In this document: positions 26,006 to 34,345 of the stretch, piece after piece
Layout of the letters: each line of letters opens with the position of its first letter
Position numbering within the stretch: position 1 is the first letter of the stretch
Virus record (IMG/VR): IMGVR_UViG_3300031949_000112
Coordinates: 1 to 36,043 of that record
DNA length: 36,043 bases
Reading direction: 5' to 3' (one strand)
DNA from: a virus
Taxonomy: Duplodnaviria; Caudoviricetes
Notes under the pieces: generated by a model
Seen by the model: only the letters and a program-made list of their open reading frames with translations
Databases searched by the model: none
What the model was told of the DNA's origin: nothing
Program-made: the position numbers and the translations under genes

Positions 26006-27355
26006 TTAGATGCCTCGATTCCACGCTTTACGAACCATATCCGCTATCGCCCGCTGCGCCGCCGGATCGTTGGGGCCGATGATCGTCGGTGCGAAAATCA
26101 GCTGTCCCCGAGTGTCCACCCGCTGCGGTTGACTTGGCGTATAGAGTGACTGGAACGTGTAACCAGCCCCGCCGCCCCGTCCACCGCCCCCGCCGCCCTG
26201 GAACCCCGTAACGTCGCTCACGGCCTGCGCCGTGGCCCGGCTGAGCACAGCGCCTAACGCCATGATGGCCGCACCAGCTGCGATCATCGCCGGTCCCGGC
26301 AGCACAGCGAACTTCTCCAGCACGCTCTTGGCGATGCCGATGCCGATGAGCGTACGGCCCAAGTTCTTGAGCACCTGACCCGCCGCCCCAGCGAGCGCCT
26401 GCCCGAACTCTCCGATGTTGCGGTACGACCCCTCGATCAACCCGGCGAATGCATCAGCTACGCCAGTGCCGAAATCGATGATTGCGGACTGAATGGCTTG
26501 GCTGGCCTCAGTGATCTCAGTACGCACCTCAGGAATACGTACAGATAGATCGGATGTGATATTCTGTAGCTCAAGATGAGCAAGCTTCAATCCTTTGATG
26601 GTAATGTCACCAGTCAACCCTTGTCGAGGAGCCATACCCGGCTCCATACCGGGACCCGTGACGCCGGGTTTCGTTTCCCGCAACGCCTTACGACCCTCTT
26701 GTAGCATACGGACGTATTGTTCAGCTAAGGCCACCGCGTGTTGCAAGATGCCCAACTCAACAAACTGCGCCTCCGCCAAATTTTCGTGAGCTTGATTACG
26801 GACATCTAGCAGCCGAGTAATCTCCACGTCCAGCTGACGTATTTTGTTGTCAGCATCAACGATGATCTGTTCCCACCCGGCATATCCCTTCGCGTGCTGC
26901 TCTCGAGCCTTGGCTAGCAACGTCAGCTGTTTGGCTCGCTCCACACTGAGTGTGCCCGCTTGAATGACAGCTAGGCCAGCCGCCGTCTGCCCAAGTTTTT
27001 GCGCCGCTTCACGGGCCTCCTTTACCGCTGCGGCATTTTTGCGCGCCTCCTCCGTGAACTTACGGAACAGCAGCGTCAGGGCGGCGATCCCGGCGCTGGC
27101 CGCCACGAAGGTGAGTCCTCCGGTGCCCAAGAACAACAGTTGGCGGCTGATGGCTCCTACGGGTCCCGGTACGCCGGCCGCCCGCGCAGCCATACCGCTG
27201 AGCGCCAGCCCGAGTCCCTTGAACGACCGCTCGGATTTGGTGGCACCCACAGCCGCCCGCTGACCGACCCGGTCCACGTTGGCCAGTTCGCGGACGGCCT
27301 CGGGACCGCCGCCCATTTCAATCCGAAGAGCTAGGGCCGCTAAGTCTAGTGCCAT
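26006..27355 (-). CDS. Tail tape measure protein (short, 449 aa)
   Basis: MALDLAALALRI N-terminus, Ala/Gly/Leu-rich helices, hydrophobic segments; follows the chaperone pair. Confidence 0.8.
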   Translation of the reverse strand: MALDLAALALRIEMGGGPEAVRELANVDRVGQRAAVGATKSERSFKGLGLALSGMAARAAGVPGPVGAISRQLLFLGTGGLTFVAASAGIAALTLLFRKFTEEARKNAAAVKEAREAAQKLGQTAAGLAVIQAGTLSVERAKQLTLLAKAREQHAKGYAGWEQIIVDADNKIRQLDVEITRLLDVRNQAHENLAEAQFVELGILQHAVALAEQYVRMLQEGRKALRETKPGVTGPGMEPGMAPRQGLTGDITIKGLKLAHLELQNITSDLSVRIPEVRTEITEASQAIQSAIIDFGTGVADAFAGLIEGSYRNIGEFGQALAGAAGQVLKNLGRTLIGIGIAKSVLEKFAVLPGPAMIAAGAAIMALGAVLSRATAQAVSDVTGFQGGGGGGRGGGAGYTFQSLYTPSQPQRVDTRGQLIFAPTIIGPNDPAAQRAIADMVRKAWNRGI

Positions 27356-27711
27356 TTCGCCTTTCTCAACCGAGCGATCATTTTCATTGCCTCCTGCTTG
27401 ACGTCATCTACCGATTGCAAAGGCGCCGCCCAACTCGCTTGCAACGCCTGATGTTCCCGCATGATGGCGTTCGGGTCATTGAACGCCTGCGCCACGCGGC
27501 GCGCTTGACGCAGCGCCGCGTCCTCCGCCAATTGCGCGTCGAGCCACGCCAGCTCCTCCAGCTGATAGTGCGTCCAGAGCGTTAGCCCAAACGGTTCGCT
27601 CAGGACGGCGGCGAGGCTTCGATTGCCGGCGCGGGCGACGCCGGCGATGGCGTGCCAGTCGGCATCGGCAATGATGGGGCCGACCCCGCCGCCGGGTCTG
27701 CGCCTTTTCCC
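27346..27711 (-). CDS. Tail assembly chaperone GT extension (-1 frame)
   Basis: Open -1 frame from the slippery site to the tape measure start; no clear start of its own. Confidence 0.7.
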   Translation of the reverse strand, partial: GKRRRPGGGVGPIIADADWHAIAGVARAGNRSLAAVLSEPFGLTLWTHYQLEELAWLDAQLAEDAALRQARRVAQAFNDPNAIMREHQALQASWAAPLQSVDDVKQEAMKMIARLRKAKWH

Positions 27712-28019
27712 TCGTCGATCATCCGCTGCGCCTCCTCGATGCCGACCGACGCGATGCGCAGCACCGCGCCCACTTGCGCGGCTGTCAGCATTTCGATCTC
27801 CTCGGACGTGGCGTCGGGCATGAGTCGTGCCGCGAGAGCCCACATCTCATCGCCCGTCAGCTGATCATCGGGCGTCTCCCGGAGCCGCTTCAACTCCAGC
27901 CGCGTGTTGCCGTCGATGGGCACGACGTTCACCTCGCGCCCGGACGGCAGCTTAACCGGCACGGGATCACCCCGCACCGCGCCGAGATCGAGAATCTTAG
28001 GTGCCGTAATCGGCTTCAC
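27600..28019 (-). CDS. Tail assembly chaperone (gpG-like)
   Basis: Between major tail and tape measure genes; AGGAGG RBS; contains the slippery site. Confidence 0.75.
   Translation of the reverse strand: MKPITAPKILDLGAVRGDPVPVKLPSGREVNVVPIDGNTRLELKRLRETPDDQLTGDEMWALAARLMPDATSEEIEMLTAAQVGAVLRIASVGIEEAQRMIDEGKGADPAAGSAPSLPMPTGTPSPASPAPAIEASPPS
27705..27711 (-). other. Programmed -1 frameshift site G-GGA-AAA
   Basis: Minus strand GAG GGA AAA GGC, an XXXYYYZ heptamer in the correct phase, like lambda G/T GGGAAAG. Confidence 0.8.
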
Positions 28020-28028
28020 CGTTCCTCC

Positions 28029-28571
28029 TTAGCTGATGGTGTCCAGCAACTCGATGATGTAGGGCAGGTCGCCCTCTGCCGTCTGCACCGCCGGGTCACG
28101 TCGCGCCTCAAACGCGCAGTCTACCTCGCCCTCGCTGCGATCCGTGCCGGCGATGGCGTAACGAACGCACAGCGCGACGGGGAAGCGCACCTGTGCGAAT
28201 CCGCCACCCGACCGCTCGAAGACCAGCCGCAGGTTGGTCAGATAGTCGCCCGCCGCCAGAAACACGCCCGCGTCCTTGGGCGTGAAGGTTGTATCCGGCC
28301 CCGTGTTGACGATGCCAGGATCATACCGAACGATGTCCTCCGGGCCGAGCTGCAGCATCCGGCCGGAGATCACCGGGGCCACGTACACCTTGCGGTCCAG
28401 CCCCTTGACCGGCGCCAGCTTACCGTCATACTCGACGTTGCGCATCTCGGCAGCCGGGTCGAAGTTCAACCCGCCTCGCGAGACGCCCATGGGACTGTTG
28501 CCGACGTACACCACGCCAGTATTAACGAGAATGTCGTCGGGCAACCTGTCGTTGTAGCCACTGATGGGCAT
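28029..28571 (-). CDS. Major tail (tube) protein
   Basis: GAGGA RBS; GVSRGGLNF...VEYDG...VKGL; position after the tail terminator. Confidence 0.8.
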   Translation of the reverse strand: MPISGYNDRLPDDILVNTGVVYVGNSPMGVSRGGLNFDPAAEMRNVEYDGKLAPVKGLDRKVYVAPVISGRMLQLGPEDIVRYDPGIVNTGPDTTFTPKDAGVFLAAGDYLTNLRLVFERSGGGFAQVRFPVALCVRYAIAGTDRSEGEVDCAFEARRDPAVQTAEGDLPYIIELLDTIS

Positions 28572-28580
28572 GTGTTCCTC

Positions 28581-29036
28581 CTAGCTCTCGTAGAGCGTCA
28601 ACAGACGCGGCCAAGCGATCAACGAATAAACGCATCGGACCCTGGCCGTGTCGCGATGCTCGGGGTCGTCGTCGGGCGGCAGCGTGTTACGGATTCGCTC
28701 CCGCGCAAATACCAAACCAATGGCCGCGTATCGCCAACGCAACAGCGCCGCGTCAGCGATGTCAGCCGCGTCCTCGATGTCGTCCACTCGTTCCCGTGGC
28801 GAGTCGAACAACTGTAACTCACACTGAATCACCTCGCGTACCGCGTTGTAAGCGGGATCAATGGGCCGATCCAGAAACGTGATCACACCGTACGGATAAG
28901 TCGCGTCAGCGGGCGCCTGTCGATGAAAGAGTCGCGTGCCCAAGACGGCGCCCACGGTCTCGCCGTCCCGGCCCACGAACGCCAGCAGCCGGGTGCGCAC
29001 CAGATTGTATAACTCGGACGTCTTACGCGTGCTCAT
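28581..29036 (-). CDS. Tail terminator / completion protein (DUF3168-like)
   Basis: LGTRLFHRQAPADATYPYGVI motif; position. Confidence 0.75.
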   Translation of the reverse strand: MSTRKTSELYNLVRTRLLAFVGRDGETVGAVLGTRLFHRQAPADATYPYGVITFLDRPIDPAYNAVREVIQCELQLFDSPRERVDDIEDAADIADAALLRWRYAAIGLVFARERIRNTLPPDDDPEHRDTARVRCVYSLIAWPRLLTLYES

Positions 29037-29428
29037 GGTCCGATCCTCGGCAGTTCGCGCAGCACGCGAAGCATCTGCGCGTTAAAGACTTTCGCGATGG
29101 CGACACGCTGCGCGAGCAGCGTAGGCTCCCACTTCCGCTCCCGCTCGAAGCGCCTCGTGTACAGGTTGTGATGTCCTAGCTCCCAAAAGAGATTGTACAT
29201 CAGGCTCGTGCCTACGCGAATGCTGCCCGTAGCGCCCGCTACCTCCGGCTCCGACCGCGTGACCGAGTTCATCGAGCGGCCGGTCACGAAATCGCCGCTC
29301 GTGTAGCCGCCCCGCAATTCTCGCTTCATCGCGTTGATGAGCACTTGAGCAGCGGCGATCAGCCCCAGCGCGGTGCCTCGCTCCAGCGCCTTGCGGATCA
29401 ACGGCCCGTTCGTGCGGTACGTCGCCAT
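29033..29428 (-). CDS. HK97 gp10-like neck / tail completion protein
   Basis: VTGRSMNSV...VGTSLMYNLFWELG resembles the gp10 TG.L..SI...VGT...YA...E.G pattern. Confidence 0.7.
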   Translation of the reverse strand: MATYRTNGPLIRKALERGTALGLIAAAQVLINAMKRELRGGYTSGDFVTGRSMNSVTRSEPEVAGATGSIRVGTSLMYNLFWELGHHNLYTRRFERERKWEPTLLAQRVAIAKVFNAQMLRVLRELPRIGP

Positions 29429-29764
29429 TCAGCTCCCTATTGTCAGCGGCTCGCCGGTCGCTCGGCTGCAGAGACACTGAATCTCCGACAGCGACCGGCG
29501 TTCCAGCGCCGCGTGCACCCGCCAGTACACGCTCTCCACCGCCAGCAGATAACCGACACCCACGACGGCGAAATCCGGCAACGCTACCACGGCTTGAACC
29601 GCAAAATCTCCCTGCGCCCCGAACGTCAGCTCCCGTCCGCTGGGCTCCATGCGTCGGCCCCACTGAGCCTCCACGAACTCGTACACCGTGTGCGAGAAGC
29701 CCTCCGTTTGCACGGTGGTGGGCTGGTAGATGCGTACCCACTGATCCCGCTGCGAGATGCTCAC
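29429..29764 (-). CDS. Head closure / stopper protein (SPP1 gp16-like)
   Basis: GTG 29764 coupled to the connector stop, with GGAGG upstream; RDQWVRIYQPT...SGRE pattern; position. Confidence 0.7.
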   Translation of the reverse strand: MSISQRDQWVRIYQPTTVQTEGFSHTVYEFVEAQWGRRMEPSGRELTFGAQGDFAVQAVVALPDFAVVGVGYLLAVESVYWRVHAALERRSLSEIQCLCSRATGEPLTIGS

Positions 29765-30345
29765 GTGCCGCCCCTCCATCTCAGCCCTTCGAGCGTGCTG
29801 AGCATCCGACCGGGAATACCGTCCAGGCTCCGGCTGATGCTCACTCCGCCACCAGCCGACTCGCCGGAGGCGCTGGGGTTGCGATTCTGATAGAGATCGG
29901 CTGCCAAGTCCAGGATCACTTGCCGAATCACCGGCTCGATGTCCGCGGCGTAGTCATCGTCGGCGCTGAGTCCCACCGTGGCCGTGATCTCGTACGGCCC
30001 GTTGCTGAACGTCACGCCTTCCACGGCCCGGATCACCGCCTCATCGCCGTCCACCTCGTAGTCTGCCGCCGGCACCGTCTCGTCGTCTACATCAACCACG
30101 GTGACGTCTTCCACCGTGTCGATGGGACCCTCGGGCAGCATCAGCTCCGTGACGACGCCGTACACTTGCGCCGTTTCTGCCACGTCGCGGAACGTCTTCT
30201 CGACGGCCGTGATTGGCGTGCCGATGAAGCGCTGCGCCCGCGCCTTCGCCTGTGCTAGCTTGTCGGTCAGCAACGTGTCCTGTGCCGTCTGCGCGGCGGG
30301 GATGCGCAGATGCGCCTTGAGTTCGCTAAGCGTGGGCAGCGACAT
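29761..30345 (-). CDS. Head-tail connector / adaptor (HK97 gp6, SPP1 gp15-like)
   Basis: TLSELKAHLRI...QVILDLAADLYQNR. Confidence 0.85.
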   Translation of the reverse strand: MSLPTLSELKAHLRIPAAQTAQDTLLTDKLAQAKARAQRFIGTPITAVEKTFRDVAETAQVYGVVTELMLPEGPIDTVEDVTVVDVDDETVPAADYEVDGDEAVIRAVEGVTFSNGPYEITATVGLSADDDYAADIEPVIRQVILDLAADLYQNRNPSASGESAGGGVSISRSLDGIPGRMLSTLEGLRWRGGT

Positions 30346-31087
30346 CGATCCTCCTGTCGGGAGCGGGACGCGTCAATCGGTCTGCGTAACGCTCGTTAAT
30401 CCGTCGGCGTAGCTCGAATCGCGCCGTCGTGCGACGAAAACGCCGGCCGCTCTTCTGTCCGGGATGTACGCGATAGGCCGTGGTCACCGCATCCACGCCG
30501 TGAAAGACGTAGCCCATCGAGAGCAGCCGTAGGTGATATTCCCACTCCTCGCCGCCCTTCAGTGTCTCATCCCATGGCCCGGCTTCAATGCACATCGTCC
30601 TGCGATAAAGAATGCTGGTGCCGTGAATAAGGATGCCGTGTCCAGCCCGCACCGTCTCCCACGTCACCACCGAATGAGCAGTCAGCCACCCGCGATTTCG
30701 CTCAGGCGTACCCAAATTGTTGCCGTCTTGATCCACGTACATGGGCAGCGAATAGACCGCGTCGGCCCCGGGATGCACGTCAAGATAGCCGGCCAGCACC
30801 ACGAACTTGTTCGGATAGATGAAGTCATCGTCGCTCAAGATGCTGATGTACTCGCCCCGCGCCAGTCGCACGCCGTAATTGACGGCCGCTGACAAGCCCT
30901 TGTGCTCCTGTCTGATGAACCGAAAATGAGCCGGATGGTACCATGCCGGTTGCATGCAGTTCGGCCCGTCATGTACCACGACCGCCTCAAACTGATCGGG
31001 CGGATACCGCTGCGCCATGATACTCGCCAGCGCCTCGGCCAGCAACTCAGGTCGCTGGTAAGTCGGCACGATCACGCTGACCTTCAT
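30326..31087 (-). CDS. Glycosyltransferase family 2
   Basis: VSVIVPTYQR...VVVHDG...AVNYGVRLARGEYISILSDDD...GPWDE...EEWEYHLR. Confidence 0.93.
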   Translation of the reverse strand: MKVSVIVPTYQRPELLAEALASIMAQRYPPDQFEAVVVHDGPNCMQPAWYHPAHFRFIRQEHKGLSAAVNYGVRLARGEYISILSDDDFIYPNKFVVLAGYLDVHPGADAVYSLPMYVDQDGNNLGTPERNRGWLTAHSVVTWETVRAGHGILIHGTSILYRRTMCIEAGPWDETLKGGEEWEYHLRLLSMGYVFHGVDAVTTAYRVHPGQKSGRRFRRTTARFELRRRINERYADRLTRPAPDRRIDVAAHA

Positions 31088-31824
31088 GAAGCCACCGCCT
31101 CAGTCCGTCGCAGCGCCGCCGTGTAGTCTAATTCCTCGATGCTCAACTCCCCGCGCAGCAACTCGGACGCGTCTATCGGAGAGCCGCCGACCTGATCCAT
31201 GCTCCACATGTTCACGCGGCTCTTGACGTCGAGCAACAATCGCCCACTGCCCCGCAGCGTCAACGTCTCTGGCCGAACGTACCGCAGTCGCTCATCCATC
31301 GTACCATCCATGCCCCGATTCTTTCCGCGACGGCCGCGCCACAGCTTCCAGCCTACGCGCTCCAGCAACTCGCGAGCTACCAGCCGGCCGGTGCCAATGG
31401 ACTTACCCGCCCTCGGGTCCGCGCTGGCGTAGCCGGGCCAATATACAGTTTTGCCGGTGGCGGAGTCCATGAAGTAACAGTCCAACACGCCTGCGTAAGG
31501 CACACCCAGAGCCATGGCCTCCAGGTACCATCGAAACGTCCCCGACCCGATTAGATCGTCAGAGTCCAGACGCAGTACGTAGTCAGCCCTCAGCTCTCGC
31601 GCCCGCGCCAGCCCCATATTGTGCTTATGCGCTACAGGTACGTTAGGCACGACTACCAGTTCCGACCCGGCGTCGGCGGCCTGATTTCGATTGGCCGTGT
31701 CGTTGGGGCTGCACACGGCCACCACCTGAAACGCCGCCATGCGCCGCAGTCGGGCGATGCCCAACCAGTAAAGCCGGGAGATCGCTGGCCGCTGCCAGAA
31801 GGCGGTTAGAATGATCAGCTTCAT
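31084..31824 (-). CDS. GT-A fold glycosyltransferase
   Basis: Start 31824 (ATGA coupled); ILTAFWQR...KHNMGL...YVLRLDSDDLI (DxD)...GTGR. Confidence 0.8.
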   Translation of the reverse strand: MKLIILTAFWQRPAISRLYWLGIARLRRMAAFQVVAVCSPNDTANRNQAADAGSELVVVPNVPVAHKHNMGLARARELRADYVLRLDSDDLIGSGTFRWYLEAMALGVPYAGVLDCYFMDSATGKTVYWPGYASADPRAGKSIGTGRLVARELLERVGWKLWRGRRGKNRGMDGTMDERLRYVRPETLTLRGSGRLLLDVKSRVNMWSMDQVGGSPIDASELLRGELSIEELDYTAALRRTEAVAS

Positions 31825-32372
31825 CGGTACACCACAGCCTGATCCGCCAGAATCACAGCTTCCCGACACGCAGGAAAGAGCGCCGCGATCCGTTCCAGCG
31901 TCACGTCTGCCCACTCCGGACGCGGCTTCGGCGTGCCGAAGTCGTGCACGTCGTCCACCACGACGATGTCCGGAAACGGTCGCGCCGCCAGCGCTCGCAG
32001 TTCGTCCCACAGCGGAAAGCCTGCCGCGTCGTCGGCGGCTCCACCCACCGGCCCGATGGGGGGATTGGGCTTGAACCAATGCGCGTCGAGGTAGAACCAC
32101 GCCGGTTCTCGCAACGCGGCGGCCAGCTCCGGCAGCACGCTACGCGAATCGCCTAGATGAAAGAACAGCCCCGGACGTCCGCCGTATAACTGCACCGCCC
32201 GGTTGTAGAGATGTTCCGACAATTCAACGGTGTGCACGATGGGAAAGAGCGTCCGCGCCAGCAACGCGGTCTTGGCGTAGAACGTACCGGTTTCCACGAA
32301 GACCCGAATGCCCGCGTACTCCAGATGCCGCGTTTGAATCGCTTCCAGGTTGCTCAACCGAAGGCGACTCAC
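31821..32372 (-). CDS. Class I SAM-dependent methyltransferase-like protein (possible sugar O-methyltransferase)
   Basis: VFVETGTF...HTVEL...LGDS...FYLDAH...VVDD. Confidence 0.75.
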   Translation of the reverse strand: MSRLRLSNLEAIQTRHLEYAGIRVFVETGTFYAKTALLARTLFPIVHTVELSEHLYNRAVQLYGGRPGLFFHLGDSRSVLPELAAALREPAWFYLDAHWFKPNPPIGPVGGAADDAAGFPLWDELRALAARPFPDIVVVDDVHDFGTPKPRPEWADVTLERIAALFPACREAVILADQAVVYR

Positions 32373-34261
32373 GCGGATAACCTCCCCACCCGCAACGCCT
32401 GCCGCCAGTGCACCGCCTCGTCCAGCAAATCGAGATAGCGCAACGCCACAGCCGCCTCATCGTGCCAGTCGGTGACGTATTGCCGCACGACGACGGCGCA
32501 CCGCTCTCGATGTCCCTCGTCATGCACCAGCCGGGCCAGCTGCGTCTCGAGATCGGCGCCGTCCCGTACGAACACGTACGGCACCGATCCCACGTGTTGC
32601 TCATATTGCTGCCGCACGAAGTCGTCGCCCGCCAGCACCGGAATGCCCATCGCGCCGGCCTCAAGACCGGAGCACTGAATGCCCAGATCAAATGAGTCAA
32701 AGAATGCGTCGCACGTCGCTTTCATGTTCATCGCTTCACGATGCGTCACGCCGTGCATCAGTACCGGCTCGACCTTGACGCCATCCGCCTGCAGCCGTTC
32801 GCACGCGGCCAAGAACTGCTCGGTACCCTTGATCTCGGGCTTGCTGGGCGAGTGCCCCACCCGGAACGTCCCGTTGGAAGCGTAGGCGATCCGCGAACGC
32901 AGCGCTCGATACTCCGCGACCGGCACCGGATTAGGCAACCACTTCAGCCCGTCGCCATACCGCATCAGTTCCAAGTTACTGACCAACCGCAAGTTCGCCC
33001 GCACGTCCGCCACCGAGAAGTACGCCAGCATCTTACGGAACATGCTTCCGTGATGGTGAATCACAACCCAGCGGGGCAGCTTTTTCGCTTTGGATGCGTG
33101 CAGCAAGCCGTAGTCGAGATGGCAATGCGCCACGTCCGCGACGCCCAGCAAGCTAGTCATGAACGCCGGATCGAGCATCGTGTCAAACTGCGTCGGATTG
33201 CCGAACGTCACGCCGGACGACTTGCGAACCATAACCGAAGCGTGCGGCGTGGTCGTGTTGATTCCCGTGTGAAGCCGATAGGCCACCATACCAGGGTCAT
33301 ACGGCGCGAACTGTAGGATACGCAGCGCCTCCCGCGCCCCAGAAGGCGCGTCAGACTTGTCCGTCCGGCCCGGCTCCGCCACCGCCATAACTTCAGCCTG
33401 CAGCTGCGTCTTGGCATGCGTCTGCTTCGCCGCCTTCCGCACGGCGGGTCGAGCATGCCGATCGTTCGCCAGCGCCACACCGGACGCCCAGCGGTGCAGC
33501 CACCCCCGGCCGCCGTACTGATGCGTGGCGAGCAGATGCTCACCCGAATAGACCCAATGATGACGGCCTCGATATTCCAACTCGGCCTGTGCCCGGAACA
33601 ATCGAGGCTGGCCGTAGGTCCGCCGGTAGATCGTCGGATTGTTCAACTCCACCCAGCCCACGTCAAACAGCGGCAGCCGACGCAGCTTCTCCGCGCCGGT
33701 CACCGTCTCATCTGCGTCCACCACGAACAGCAGCACCGGTCGGGGGCCGATCTCAGCAACCAGTTCCTCACCGATGCCGAAGTACCGCGTCCGCTTGGCG
33801 CACTGATCAGGCCACGCACCGTTGCAGATGATGAAGGTCTCACCCTTCACCGGCTCCACTTTCTTAAGATACGCCAGCAGCCCGTCCGTGCTCGGCTTCG
33901 GAGTCTTCGTTCCGTAGGCGCCGTCCACCACGATCACCCGGTCCACGTACGGCAGCCAGCTGGGCATCGTCCGCTCCAGCGCTGGCCGGTCGTTCCAGAT
34001 GTTGAGACACGCAACCGCGTACCAGTGGGCCGGCGACTCGTCCACGCAGATACGCAGTTCGCGGCCATCGAACCGCGTCCACGAGTTCGGATCGTGCGGT
34101 GACATCAACGCATCGTCTTTTAGCAACCGAACCAGCGGCGGAGTCGTCGTCGCCAGATGCTTCGCCGTTCCTTCTGGCAGGACGAAGACATCACCCTCTC
34201 GGTGCGGGATTCCCTTAGCGTTGAGAGGCCGCAAAGCCTGAACTCGTCGCATCGCGATCAC
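32369..34261 (-). CDS. Two-domain glycosyltransferase (GT-A/GT2-like + GT-B/GT4-like) with a short N-terminal extra domain
   Basis: NIWND...VDRVIVVDG...STDG...VVDADE...RLFR...GRHH; then HSPSK...KGT...CDAFFD...GLEAGAMGIPVL. Confidence 0.85.
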   Translation of the reverse strand: MIAMRRVQALRPLNAKGIPHREGDVFVLPEGTAKHLATTTPPLVRLLKDDALMSPHDPNSWTRFDGRELRICVDESPAHWYAVACLNIWNDRPALERTMPSWLPYVDRVIVVDGAYGTKTPKPSTDGLLAYLKKVEPVKGETFIICNGAWPDQCAKRTRYFGIGEELVAEIGPRPVLLFVVDADETVTGAEKLRRLPLFDVGWVELNNPTIYRRTYGQPRLFRAQAELEYRGRHHWVYSGEHLLATHQYGGRGWLHRWASGVALANDRHARPAVRKAAKQTHAKTQLQAEVMAVAEPGRTDKSDAPSGAREALRILQFAPYDPGMVAYRLHTGINTTTPHASVMVRKSSGVTFGNPTQFDTMLDPAFMTSLLGVADVAHCHLDYGLLHASKAKKLPRWVVIHHHGSMFRKMLAYFSVADVRANLRLVSNLELMRYGDGLKWLPNPVPVAEYRALRSRIAYASNGTFRVGHSPSKPEIKGTEQFLAACERLQADGVKVEPVLMHGVTHREAMNMKATCDAFFDSFDLGIQCSGLEAGAMGIPVLAGDDFVRQQYEQHVGSVPYVFVRDGADLETQLARLVHDEGHRERCAVVVRQYVTDWHDEAAVALRYLDLLDEAVHWRQALRVGRLSA

Positions 34262-34280
34262 CTCGTTCCTCCGTGTAAAT

Positions 34281-34310
34281 GAACCGGGAGAGGGGCCGCT
34301 CCCCCGATTC
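34281..34310 (-). terminator. Hairpin after the capsid gene, possible weak terminator/attenuator
   Basis: Minus strand GAATCGGGGGAG-CGGCCC-CTCTCCCGGTTC, 12-bp stem with two G-U pairs, followed by ATTTAC. Confidence 0.4.
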
Positions 34311-34345
34311 CGCTCATCGTCACGCCCGGCCCTGCGGTCCTAGAA

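Noticed and set aside
31825-32100. 92-aa N-terminal extension of the 31084-32100 ORF
   Set aside because: It overlaps the methyltransferase gene in another frame; the coupled ATG at 31824 gives a normal GT start.
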